A stretch of 64,000 nucleotides of DNA from Macrostomum lignano (lineage: Eukaryota), in the NCBI GenBank assembly GCA_002269645.1, contig NIVC01000010.1, positions 1,488,001-1,552,000 of the forward strand, written 5' to 3'. A model generated the notes under the pieces. It made no database searches and was not told the origin of the DNA. It saw only the letters and a program-made list of their open reading frames with translations. Both the position numbers and the translations under genes were made by a program. Of the stretch, positions 1-10,914 are shown one piece after another. How positions within the stretch are numbered: position 1 is the first letter of the stretch; every line of letters starts with the position of its first letter.

Positions 1-332
1 CTATGCATTTACTGCTTTATTATATTATAAGACATAGAAACTAGAATATGGATTAGATTGGATTATATCCAAGATCTATCAGATTAGCAATTAACTGATT
101 ATAACAAATGAGCAATAATCATAGGGATCAGAATAGGGAAAGGGGCGTGATTTGACCTTCCACTTTAAAAGTAGGAGGAGACATCAATGTTACCTGCCCC
201 CTACTTATAAAATGTTCCTATGCTTATACATAAAAGCTCTGTATTTTTTCCTACTTCCAATTGCAAATACTTGTCTTTGAACCTACAATTTTGGCTAAAA
301 CTAGTAGAATTCCAAGACTCCTTGCAAACTTA

Positions 333-680
333 GATATTGAAATATACTTGGAAAGGCTTGAACAATACTTCATCTGCAAGGAAGTCTAAGTTGAGACAAA
401 GTTTACCGCATTAGTGACTGACTACTATTAGACAGGATGCTTACAAGGTTATTTAGAATCTTTGCCTATCAGAAAATGATTTTTAGGTCCTACTCAGATT
501 TTGCTACTATTCTAAAGGAACATTTTTCTCGTAACTCATCAATGCTATCTGCCAGAATCTGTTTTTAGAAGCATGTGCAGAAACCTAGCAAGAGTCTTGC
601 TAACTTTATTGCTAGCCTAAAAGCTGCCTTGGACTTGGAGAATTGTAAATTTGAAGCTACTCTGGACATATCAGATTGAA
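333..680 (+). pseudogene. Heavily decayed Gypsy-type gag remnant
   Basis: Manual translation across frameshifts gives DIEIYLERLEQYFICK...QDAYKVI*NLC...LKEHFSRNSSMLSARICF*KHVQKPSKSLANFIASLKAA..ENCKFEATLD. This resembles the common invertebrate Gypsy gag N-terminus pattern (ERLEQFF / HFSP / Q-PGES / CEF). Confidence 0.55.
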
Positions 681-2103
681 TAACCTAACTTCAAGACACG
701 CATTGCTAAAGTTGATGCAGTGGAAGCGACAGAGAAATTGATGTTGGAGATGGTATACTAAGCTAAAGCTATTGCCCACTTACTTGTGACTCTATATACA
801 GCCTACTATGCCCAAAGAGGTCAATAAACAGGTATACTATTAGTCATCTGCAGCTTAAGCCAATGCTATTTAGATAGCTACTAACATAGACATATATTTT
901 ATCTTAGCATACCAATATATTTAATATATATAGTTATTGGTTCTCTAGAGAATTAGATAGACTCATTAAATATGATTGTATAGAAAATAATTGTATTACT
1001 TTTGGTTTTACTTTTATATGTCTAGAATGCATTGCATATATTTTGGACTAAGGCATATAGGTTATGGCCTAACTATTCTTATAGTATTTCTTCCTCTAGC
1101 TATTTTAATGGAATAAATTCTATATTTCTATATATTTTTGTATCATTTTTGTTATAATTTTATCAAGGAAATTGGATATATGTAGGAACAAGTTTTCTAT
1201 CAAATAAACCAACTGCTTATCTATCTATCTATGAGCAACATTTGCAAACAATCTAATAGCAAGCAGTTCAATCTATATTTTCTCAGAGCTTTTGAGTTAA
1301 AAGCGACTTATTCATTTTAAAAGACAGAGAAATAGTTTGGAGAAATTTGCTAAGAGAGGAAATTGGGGAGTAATCCAAAAAGATATGTTAGAGTTTCACC
1401 GTGACCCTCTAATCCTAGTAATGCCTAGATTGGAAAAGTTTATACTTTTAAAGACCACTTAGGCCAAAATTATATATTAAATACTACCAGAATTGTACAT
1501 AGAATGCACCTAGAAATATACTACTAAATCAACTGATTCTAAGAAATAATTAAACATTAATAGTAGGACAACTGGTGGCAGCTTGAGGGATATTTAAAAA
1601 GGATAGAAGAAAACACCTTATCATAGCTGGTGGCATAATTGGAATTTATAATTAGAGAAGAAAGACTCCTATTATATTATTATTAGTAATCTCTTTTTAA
1701 ATACTCAGATTTTGTAAGCATTATGATTAAATATTAGTTGTAATTTTTAATTTTTATTTTGGAATATTTTGTGTGCAATAAAAGTTCATTGGCATATACT
1801 TAACATAAGCTAAAGAAGCAATTTTTGTTTTTGTATACTCCAGTATACAATTTTAATCTTGGTTGCTAAGTTATAATGCCAAGGCTTAGCCTTAGGCCAG
1901 GCCAAGGCATAAAAGATTTGCTAAAGGCCTAAGAATAAGATGTCAAGAATCATAAAAGGTATTTTAAAGATAGGCCTTAAGCCAGGTTTATCAAGGGTAA
2001 ACCCTAAAAGTTTAAAGCTATATAAATAGCTTTGAATACAAATTGAATACAAATTGAATACAATGTATAAGGGCTAGTCTAAGTCTAATGCAAAAAAGTT
2101 AAA

Positions 2104-2410
2104 TTATGGTTATGGCTAGGGTTCTGGCATTGGAACCTATTTACTAATGGCTATGGATCTGGCAGTCTTCTGGAGGCAGTTATCTACTAATGAAGTCTTG
2201 AACATTAGAAGTATTGTGATTTGAATCTCATTGTTTTGTTTTGATCTTATCTTGAATAAAATCTTAATATCAACCACCCATTGAAAAGTAAAATGTTTCT
2301 GCTATATTATACCCATAAATTGCATTACTACCTAGAATACATATACATACCATTGCTGGATCCATAGTTTTTAGAAAATGGGTTCCAATGCCGGAACTCT
2401 AGCCATTGCC
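2104..2410. mobile_element. Old MITE-like element with degenerate ~60-bp terminal inverted repeats
   Basis: 2104-2165 (ggttatggctagggttctggcattggaacctat...atggatctggc) is an imperfect reverse complement of ~2350-2410 (gctggatccatag...atgggttccaatgccggaactctagccattgcc). Confidence 0.5.
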
Positions 2411-4050
2411 TTAAAGGTAAATTATTGCATAGGCCTATTATAAACAAAATTATAGGTCTATTTATGAGCATAAGCCAAGACAAAAGACTAGCCAAACTAA
2501 GCTATTAGGTTAGGCACAGGCCTAACTAAACACAATTATAAAGGTAAAATGTTAGGTTATAGTAGGCCTAGGGCCTAGCCATTAGGTTAGGCTTAGCCCT
2601 AGGCCTACTTATAAAATGAGAACTTAAAAATGAAAACAAAAAGGCCTAACAAATATTCTTCTGCTATAAAATTTCTGATTTTGATTTAATCTTTGACCTT
2701 GCTTAAGCTTAAGTCTAATAGGGCCTGGGCTTTAGTTATTAATTATTAAGGGAATTAAAAAGGCTTGATTAAATCTACCTTTCTTTAGCCTTTAGGCCTA
2801 GTTATCAAAAACTTAAATTATTAAAGTAAGTAAGAGGAAGCTAGGCCTAGGACTGACTGTTGAACCTTGAAGGGGAGTTGCAGCAGCAGCACACTGTTAT
2901 AATAAGTAGGGCCTATAACATATGTCAGCACCTCGAAAGAGCTGCTTGACCTTTGCAAAAAAGCATGTTTTTCAAATTTTTAATCCCTTTAGCATTGAAG
3001 CAGATACAAATACAAGGAATTTTACCTTTCAAATTTTAAAATCAAAATCGGTCAAGAATTGCAATCTGTAGAGCGTTATGGACAAGCAAGCAAGCAAGCA
3101 TGCAAACCTTAGAGATTTAGTATATTTGGAGTGGAAATCGATCAAGAATTGCAATCTCTAGACTAGAGCGTTATGGATATTCAAGCATACAAACCTTAGA
3201 GATTTATATAGTATATACTTAAATAGTATATTTAGACAAGCAAGCAAGCATACAAACCTTAGAGATTTATTATATTTAGATTATGCAGTTATGCTAAATG
3301 CTAAGCTCCTGCCTCCTAGTTAACTTCAGCTTTAACTTTTTTGGAATCAGCAAGCACTCGGACACCGATGGCGAGTTCGAGAAAGAACCAATTAATGGGA
3401 ATGGGATCAGACCGAACCGTACGCAGAGCACGCGCTCCTGACTGAACGTGTGCTCATATGCAAGTGACGTGAGGACGCGGGGTGAAAAACAGAACTTTTT
3501 TGGTGTGGTCTAAATTACTGTCGAGCTGGCGAGCGGGCGGGCCCCGTAGTAGTAGTAGTAAGAGAATTTGGCTCAGGCAATTAGCCTGTTTGGCCAATAT
3601 ATTATAGAGCTATGTATTTGGAAAAATTTTCGAAATAGAAGTTTATAATTAAAGACGATTTGACGACGATTTGCCGAGTTATTGTAAAAGATAAAGTATT
3701 TGAAAGCGCGCCAGAATTTTTACGGTATTTTTGGACGAAAAGTGACGACTAACAACTAACAACGAGTATAAAATATTAATACAAAAATGAGTACAAATTA
3801 CGAGATATAGCTTTAATTGCGAGATTAATTTGGTAAGCGAGTTTGTAAAAAAAAAGATGTAGTATTTTTGAAAGCGCGTGATATTTCAAAGCGTGAAAAA
3901 CGAACATGAACAATACTTCGAAAGAACTTTACGTTTAACGAATAACGATGATTTAAATATAGGGAATTAAAAAAGACAGTAAATGAATAAACAACTGAAA
4001 AGCGGATTTGTTACACTGCTAATGTATCTGATTCAGTTTGTTTAACTGTT

Positions 4051-4431
4051 TTAGCTATTCATGACTTCATATATTTTAGCTACACCATTGAGTTCTTTTC
4101 TGACTCTTTTTTCGTTTGTAGCATATCCTATCTTGCGTATTTGATTGCTATTTAAGAGGTATTGACAGAAGTATTTTTTCATGATCTCCTTAGTTTGTGG
4201 ACATTCGGTCAAGTAGTGTAGAATGTCAGAACCATTTCGCGCTCGACACATTTTACATGGTTCTTGAGAAAAAAAATTGGGTGTAATCTCGCATTTCAGT
4301 TTTAGGAGGGTTGTTAAGAATTTTTTGTTTCTAAATGTACATGGAAAGAAATCTGAAAGGTCGGGCCTGCAGATTTTTTTGTAGAGATAGGCGTTTTTGT
4401 AGAGTTTAATATGTTGCTGATTCTCTAGCAA
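4051..4431 (-). pseudogene. LINE ORF2 C-terminal fragment with CCHC zinc knuckle
   Basis: ORF track: PCKMCRARNGSDILHYLTECPQ, downstream of the RT on the same strand. Confidence 0.75.
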
Positions 4432-4726
4432 TTTTGGCTAAGTTCTCTTTCTCTGTGTATCTTGAGGTGCTTTTTCACTAGGTATTTCTCGTTATTAAAG
4501 CTTTGGGAAATTTTATCTTCAGTTAGTGCTTTTAGGTCTATACTTTCTAGTTTCTTTAGTACATTCATTTTCCATGGATTTTTTCTAGAGTCGTTTGGCA
4601 GAGTTTTTTGTGTCTAATCTTCAGCCGGTAGATGAGGTAGGATTTAGCGATTCGTTGAGAGATTGGAGTAAGCTCAAGTTCTGATGATATCACACTGTTG
4701 CTAGCAAATTTTGGTAGATTGAGGAG

Positions 4727-5945
4727 CTATTTGTAGAATTTCAGCTGAATATTATCAATAGCTTTTGTATCAGACATGGTAGCCAGAGGGCCCCAGAGCT
4801 CACAACCGTAAGTGATAACGGGGGTAACAAGCGCGTCGAATAGTCTGCGAATGAGTGTGATGTCTAGGGACGTATTCTTTACCCTATGGAGTAGGGAAAA
4901 CATAGCTGTATATCCCTGCTTAGTTTGGTGTTCAATACAATTTTTAAAGCTGTTTTTTGGTTCAAAAATAATTCCCAGGTATTTAAATTCATTTACTTCC
5001 TCTATTTCTTGGTTGTCGTAGTACGTATATTTTTGTAGCAATGCTTTCTGTGTCGTTTTTTTGTCTGGTATTGCCCTGCATAAACTTTGTTTTGCTTGCA
5101 TTTACTTTCAAGTAATTTTGCTTGCAGTAATTTTCCATAGTCGTAAATGTGTCTTGAAGTTCGTCTTTGTTTTTAGCTAGAATGGCTTGATCGTCTGCAA
5201 AGAGTAGGATGAGTGGGAAAGCAGATCTCGTAAGAGAGCGCCTAGTGCTAGAGAGTTCAAGATATTCAACAATGTCGTCAATATATAGTTCAAAAAGGAT
5301 GGTAGAGAGAGGGGTTGCCTTGAAGAACACCTTTAGATATTGGGATTGGCTGGGTTTCATCATCATCATCATCTTTTTTTTAGAATGAAGCAGGCAATTT
5401 TTATGCATGTTCTTGATAAGTTCCGTCATTTGACCTTTAATACCCTGGTTATCCGTTTTGTGCCAAAGGGTCGGTTGATTTAAGCTATCGAAGGCTTTTT
5501 CATAGTCAACAAATCCAATAAAGAGTTCTTCTTTGTTGTAGATGGATTGGTTTATAATGTTGTAAAGATTAAAACATTGGTCAATTGTGCTGTGATTGGG
5601 CTTGAAACCGTATTGGTATTTTGATAAAAGATTGTTTGCGTATGCTAGGTTTTCGAGTCTGGATTTAATAATTTGGCAAAAGAGCTTGCCAAGAATTGGT
5701 TGAATGCAGATTCCTCTGTAATTGTTGGGGTCGGCACTGCTGCCTTTGTTTTTATAAATCGGATGAAGTGTATTTGTTATCCAACTAGTTGGGAAGGTTC
5801 CTTGTTTGAGTGCTTCGTTGAAAAGTGAGCATAGGAGGTCAGCAAGTTCGTTCTCGAGGTATTTGAGTGTTTCTACATATACTTTATCGTGCCCAGGTGC
5901 TTTGTCGGTTTTGAGCTTTTTAATATGTTTTATAACTTCTTCTTT
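4727..5945 (-). pseudogene. LINE reverse transcriptase domain (frameshifted)
   Basis: ORF 4989-5957 (KAPGHD, NYRGI, QYGF, DYEKAFDS, LLFADD, LKVNASKTK) continues in another frame as ORF 4727-5101 (EEVNEFKYLGI). Confidence 0.9.
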
Positions 5946-6079
5946 CCCGTACAACAATCCGACGTATCTGACCGACGTCGTACGACGTCTATATGTAACA
6001 TTACGTGTTTCCTATTGGTCGGACGTCGGGCTGACGTCGAAGTCGTAGTCGAAAAATTAAATTCGCCTTAATTCACGTT

Positions 6080-6234
6080 AGTAGTAGAGGATAACACAAC
6101 TCTGCCGCAGGGAAAGCCACGGAAATTCCGTGGGCCCGGATCAGAAGGGCGCCTATGTGTTTGCATGGCTCAACTCTGCCGCAGGCAAAGCCATGGGAAT
6201 TCCGTAGACTCCTAATGAGAGTACATAGGCACCT
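6080..6234 (+). repeat. Polinton left TIR
   Basis: Reverse complement of 13773-13927, with one mismatch seen. Contains two caactctgccgcagg repeats and the palindrome ccacggaaattccgtgg. Confidence 0.95.
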
Positions 6235-6383
6235 GTGTTCCATAGGGGTAGGCCCCCTAATGTGAATACATAGACGCATGTGTTTACATAGGAGATATTT
6301 GTATATAAACCAGAAAATTTGTTTTCACAAATAATAAAATTTTTGAAATTCTCGCTCCGTTACATCGTAATAACTAATTAATA

Positions 6384-7127
6384 ATGGTCGATATTGGAGA
6401 AGGCTACAAACTTCAAGTACAAGAGTATGAAGGAGTACAGTTTATTGCGATTCGGAAATTTTATCGACATGGCAGCACAGCAAGTTTAAAACCCGGCGTT
6501 CCCGGATTTAACCTCAACATCCGACAATGGGAGAAGTTGAAAGAACTGAAGCGAACTCTCGTGAAGGCGGCCCTAGGCGGGCAACAGAGGATCATCAAAC
6601 TCGGTTTTGATAAGTTTGTTGAGGTTAAGAACGGCATCATCTGGCTAAGACGGCTTCCAGAAGATTGCTGCGAAGAATTTTTGAAGCGAAACACTGTGGC
6701 CTTGGCACCAGCTCTGTGGCGAAAACTGTGGGAGCAGGCTGCATGGATCGACGAGCAGCTGTCTGCCCCACGCCAAATTTCTGATGTGTATGAGCTGGAG
6801 TCGGGATCTTCGAGCGAGAGAAACGGTGATGATGATGACAACAGCAACAAGGACGACACCATGCGGCTTGCGAAGACTGAGGATGAGGGCGTCCAATCAA
6901 GCACTCTACGCATCGACGATGAAGTGGTCACATCAACGCCTCTACCGGTGACAAGTGCTGCAGCTGGCTTTATCCCAAAGCAGGATTCGGATTTGCTGCA
7001 GGACCCAGTCTGGTATCGCTTCCGGGCTGAAGCAGCTGCGGTCGAGAACGTCAGGAAGCGCAAGCAACCATATCCGCTGCGCAGGCAGAATGCCATGAGA
7101 CTGCGCCTCAATGAGGATGAGGAGTGA
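6384..7127 (+). CDS. PC4/Sub1-like ssDNA-binding protein, probably two tandem PC4-like modules plus an acidic/basic tail
   Basis: LQVQEYEGVQFIAIRKFY...LKPGVPGFNLNIRQWEKLKE matches the PC4 pattern (V..F.G...IDIR.Y....KPG.KGISL...QW..L). A second degenerate module follows (IKLGFDKFVEV...IWLRR...TVALAPALWRKL). TATA-like tatataaa at ~6302. Confidence 0.75.
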   Translation: MVDIGEGYKLQVQEYEGVQFIAIRKFYRHGSTASLKPGVPGFNLNIRQWEKLKELKRTLVKAALGGQQRIIKLGFDKFVEVKNGIIWLRRLPEDCCEEFLKRNTVALAPALWRKLWEQAAWIDEQLSAPRQISDVYELESGSSSERNGDDDDNSNKDDTMRLAKTEDEGVQSSTLRIDDEVVTSTPLPVTSAAAGFIPKQDSDLLQDPVWYRFRAEAAAVENVRKRKQPYPLRRQNAMRLRLNEDEE

Positions 7128-7573
7128 AGAAGAAGAATAAGAAGTGCTTTGAAGAACTTTGGTGACTGGTGACATACTTAAATTGGCTCATTTAACAATT
7201 TCTATAATTAACATTGCTCATTTATCCAGAAAACTTAATTAAGTCTCTCCATTTAAGAAAATCATGCAACTTATTGTTTCTTATCCGCTAAAAAATATAA
7301 AAGCTTCTTTTCATAAAAAAATTGTTTTCCTTTGTTCTTGTGCTTAAGAAAAAATTAGACTGTTGACTTTTGTTTCTTGAGAAAATGGAAAAAAATTATT
7401 TGCTCCTGGCCAACCAGCTAGTTTTTCAATTTGCCCAACAGCTGCTGCATCAAGTTAGAGAAGAGGGTGGGCATAAAAATTGAAAGAGCATTGAACAGTG
7501 GCTCAATGAGCAAACCGCGAAAAGAACTTAAAAAAAATTGTTTTGCAGGCTTTCATTCAGCTTGATTTTGATA

Positions 7574-8644
7574 ATGGAAAAGATCTACTACAACCCTGCT
7601 CAGCCTGCCAGTTTCTCGGGTGTCTCAAAGCTTCTGCACGAGCTCAAGAAAACACAGGATAATCGTGAATCTAAAAAGAGCATCGGACAATGGCTGACTG
7701 AGCAGCCTGTGTACACACTGCACAAGCAAGCTAGGAGACGCTATCCTATGGCACCAATCATTGTTAGGGCTATTGATGATCAGTGGGAACTTGACCTGGT
7801 TGAGATGATACCATTTGCAAAATACAATAACGGCTACAAGTATATTCTCACATGTATAGATGTCCTCTCTAAATCTGGTTGGGCCAGGCCTCTAAAAAAC
7901 AAATCAGCTGCGGAAGTCAAGTTCGCATTCGAGAGTATCCTGAGGTGCTCAAAGCGCCAGCCACGCACAGTCCGCACGGATCAAGGAAAAGAGTTCATCA
8001 ATACCAATTTTCGGGAGCTCTGTATAAGCAAGGGAATTTTGGCATTCCCCACTAATAGTGAGCAAAAAGCAGCCATCATAGAGAGGTGGAATAGAACTTT
8101 GAAAAACAAAATGTGGCGATATTTCACCCACAAGAGCACTTTGCATTGGGTTGATGTGTTGCCAAAGCTGGTCAAGTCGTACAACAACACTTACCACAGA
8201 AGCATCAAAATGGCACCGACTAGCGTATGCAAAGAGAATGAGACTGAGGTCTGGATGAACCTTTACAATGGAAGAGCCATTGAGACTGTAAATAAGCCAA
8301 AGAAGCCCAAATTCAGTGAAAAGCAGTCAGTGAGAATTTCCAATGCACCCAGGCTATTCCACAAAGGATACAAGGCCAACTGGAGTGAGGAGGTGTACAC
8401 TGTAGTATGTAGGGCACCGAAGCACTATCCGTACATGTACAAGATTAGGGACATAAAGGGTGAGGAGATCCGGGGTCTCTTTCATGAGCATGAGCTGCAG
8501 GCGGTGCCGGACTCACAGCGACTGTATGTGATTGAGAAGATTCTGAAAACGGAGAAGAGGAAGGGAAAAATTCGCTATCTGGTGAAGTGGGCCGGCTACG
8601 ACTCGACAGGCTGGGTGGATGAAAAAGACTTAAGAAAGGTTTAG
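7574..8644 (+). CDS. Polinton retroviral-type (DDE) integrase with C-terminal chromodomain
   Basis: WELDLVEM...ILTCIDVLSK...RTDQGKEF...IIERWNRTLK (D, D and E intact); tail YVIEKIL...YLVKWAGYD..WV is a chromodomain. First Met at 7574. Confidence 0.95.
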   Translation: MEKIYYNPAQPASFSGVSKLLHELKKTQDNRESKKSIGQWLTEQPVYTLHKQARRRYPMAPIIVRAIDDQWELDLVEMIPFAKYNNGYKYILTCIDVLSKSGWARPLKNKSAAEVKFAFESILRCSKRQPRTVRTDQGKEFINTNFRELCISKGILAFPTNSEQKAAIIERWNRTLKNKMWRYFTHKSTLHWVDVLPKLVKSYNNTYHRSIKMAPTSVCKENETEVWMNLYNGRAIETVNKPKKPKFSEKQSVRISNAPRLFHKGYKANWSEEVYTVVCRAPKHYPYMYKIRDIKGEEIRGLFHEHELQAVPDSQRLYVIEKILKTEKRKGKIRYLVKWAGYDSTGWVDEKDLRKV

Positions 8645-8663
8645 CTTTTGCGCATCTCTTCTC

Positions 8664-9491
8664 ATGAGGTTTAACATTATAATGCGAACTATTTTGATTA
8701 ACAGTGAGCATGCTGAAGGTACTCCTAGTGACTTTAATTTTTACTTGCCTTCACCTATTTACTTGGATCGAAATGTGGACTATGAGGCAGGTCTGGCTGA
8801 AATCCATCTGCCTGCTGCATGGTTCAATGTTGACGAGCCTTACTGCTTCACTGTCTCAGATGGAAGAGAGCATGAGGCCCTGGTTCTTCAACCCGGACGC
8901 TTTGCTAGAGTGGAGGAGCTGGTGGAGCGTTTGAATCAGCTGCTGGCCAACTCTGATTCGCTATTCTTTGATGCAATGAGTGACAGGGAGTCTGAGATGG
9001 AGGCTGATGAGTCCGGCCTGATGGGGCGTAGTGGCAACAGGGAATTCGGTATGAAGTTCGAAATCCGCAACTCACGAACTGTGGTGCACAACAACACTGC
9101 GAGAGCAGAGATGTTTCTCCCATCCAGCAAAATTCTGCATTGGCTGGGATTTGGAAACCAGGCTGTGAAAATCCAGCCAGGGAGCCGCGTGTCCGAGCAC
9201 TGCATTGGCTGCCCGCGCACCAGCTTAATCAATGTGCACTGCAGTATCGTTGAGTCAACTAATTGCAACTTGGGCTCCCTGTTGAGAACAGTTGGAATGA
9301 AAGCCGGCATTGAATGGGGCAACTATCAAACAAAAATATTTAAGAAAACAATATTCTTCCCGATTCAACGAATCAGTCTTCTTCACAGCATTCGAGTTCA
9401 GCTGCGTGACATCTATGGTTGCCCACTGATTGCCCAGACACTCAGCCCTGTTCTGCTCACAGTTCAGATTCGGGAGAAACGCATTCAATGA
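8664..9491 (+). CDS. Polinton minor capsid protein (PX/penton-like)
   Basis: SDFNFYLPSPIYLD...YEAGLAEIHLP..WFNV N-terminus and INVHCSIVE...LLRTV...FPIQ...IRVQLRDIYG C-terminus are typical of Polinton PX; the position between integrase and MCP also fits. Confidence 0.8.
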   Translation: MRFNIIMRTILINSEHAEGTPSDFNFYLPSPIYLDRNVDYEAGLAEIHLPAAWFNVDEPYCFTVSDGREHEALVLQPGRFARVEELVERLNQLLANSDSLFFDAMSDRESEMEADESGLMGRSGNREFGMKFEIRNSRTVVHNNTARAEMFLPSSKILHWLGFGNQAVKIQPGSRVSEHCIGCPRTSLINVHCSIVESTNCNLGSLLRTVGMKAGIEWGNYQTKIFKKTIFFPIQRISLLHSIRVQLRDIYGCPLIAQTLSPVLLTVQIREKRIQ

Positions 9492-9877
9492 ACTACCAGC
9501 AGCTGATCCAGCAATATTCGGGGGTGAGGACAGGACACGAAAAGCCTGCACTCTATGGCTGTGGGAGCTTTCCGGGGATCATGACATACCAGCCTCCGCC
9601 AGCGGCTACATCATCATTCTCAACGCATAGCAATGTCAGGCGCAAAAGAAATACTGAAGCAAGTCCGAAACGATTGAAGAAGAAGAAGTACACCCGAAAG
9701 GCAACTGGTAGAGATCGCACCAATAAGAGGTGCAATGAAAGAAATCCGAGCAAGGCTAGTAGGAAAAAGCTTAAGAATAGGAAGACGAAAGCAAAGAAGA
9801 ATGCAGCAGGCGGAGGAAAGCGAAAGCGAAAAGTCAGCAAGAAAACTGTGAAACGCGTGCTCGACTCTCTGTCATAG
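9488..9877 (+). CDS. Small K/R-rich protein, candidate virion core/DNA-condensing protein
   Basis: The ATG at 9488 overlaps the penton stop (ATGA). 129 aa, with N-terminal MNYQQLIQQY...LYGCG and a highly basic C-terminal two-thirds; ends 2 nt before the MCP ATG. Confidence 0.65.
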   Translation: MNYQQLIQQYSGVRTGHEKPALYGCGSFPGIMTYQPPPAATSSFSTHSNVRRKRNTEASPKRLKKKKYTRKATGRDRTNKRCNERNPSKASRKKLKNRKTKAKKNAAGGGKRKRKVSKKTVKRVLDSLS

Positions 9878-9879
9878 AC

Positions 9880-10689
9880 ATGGCTTACGGATTCAATCCC
9901 AGACTTGATTTATTTAAGACGCCTGTTCTACAAACCTGCATTGAAAAAGCTACTTATGTTGATATTCACCCAGTAAATTCCATTACTGCAAACTCCCCCA
10001 TTGAATTTGACTGCCACCAATCTGCCGATGAATACACTGATTTGCTTAATTCTTTTCTTTATATTCGCTGCCGCCTTGTGAGACTGGATGGGGGTTTGCT
10101 GAGGGAGGATGTTCGAGATGGAGATGGCATCATCACCGAGCGCAGAGACAGTGACGTGCACCCAGAAAACTTTGTTTTGTCTACAGCCTTCTCAGATGTA
10201 ATTGTGAGCATTAACCAGCGAGTGGTATCTGGTGGAGACCAGCTCTATCCCTACCATGCGTACTTCAAAGCACTAATGAGCTCATCTGATGCCCAGCAAC
10301 TAAAACTTTACCCTGCTGGCTTCCTGGAGCCGAACTCGGCAGCTGAAAAGCACACGGAGAGCCACAGGGAATCCCGATGGATGGAGTATGCGGGACCGCT
10401 CTTCAGCGATGTTTTCCAATGCCCAGTGTTTCTGCTAAACAATCTGCACTTGCACATCAAACTGGTGCCCAGCGATGGGGCCTTTGCCATCAGAAGCCCG
10501 AATGCAAACAACGCGGCATACCGCATGGAAATCTCTCACTGCATTTTGCATCTTCGCCGAGTCAAAGTGGTGCCCCACATCAGCCTGGCCCACGAGCAGG
10601 GGTTGACAAACCAAAATGCACTGTATCCCATCGAGCGAACTGAAATGCAGAACTTCATCCTACCCCAGGGCAGAAGCAGTCAACATTGA
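9880..10689 (+). pseudogene. Polinton major capsid protein (PY, double jelly-roll), C-terminal half deleted
   Basis: LDLFKTPVLQT.IE...HPVNSI...PIEF......EYTDL..S.LY...LYPYHAYFKAL...D.F....FLLNN..L.I.L is the Polinton PY signature. The ORF stops at FILPQG, about where PY proteins normally continue into the second jelly roll. Confidence 0.88.
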
Positions 10690-10699
10690 CTGCTTCTGC

Positions 10700-10914
10700 T
10701 GCCTGCACCCGAATCATGCGCACGTTTAGCTTAATTTGTGCTCTTAGCGAACAGTTGTCAAAGGAGTCAAGACGAACTTCGAGATACTGCAGAACCGCAT
10801 GTTTGACCAGGTCTAGAAACTCGAATGGATCAATGTCAGCTGTTGGGGCGAAGCGATGAATCTGCAGTACATCATCGTGGGCACTGTTCACCAAGGAGAT
10901 AACACATGAAGACC
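10700..10914 (-). pseudogene. Probable N-terminal remnant of Polinton protein-primed PolB ORF
   Basis: QIHRFAPTADIDPFEFLDLVKHAVLQYL...RAQIKLNVRMIR resembles the DP..FL....V.......K..L motif upstream of Polinton pPolB. It is convergent to MCP and is preceded by the acceptor ttttattttag. Confidence 0.5.

Noticed and set aside
3546-3560. AGTAGT run as the end of a second Polinton
   Set aside because: No matching TIR or Polinton genes follow; it fits better as the short-repeat 3' tail of the minus-strand LINE.
6461-7111. 216-aa antisense ORF and other antisense ORFs over the Polinton, Gypsy, Copia, CPQ and GT exons
   Set aside because: Shadow frames of recognisable coding sequence, with no motifs of their own.
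7538-10689. Prokaryotic operon or phage contamination
   Set aside because: The tight gene packing is explained by Polinton organisation; the element has a TSD within eukaryotic repeats and no Shine-Dalgarno pattern.
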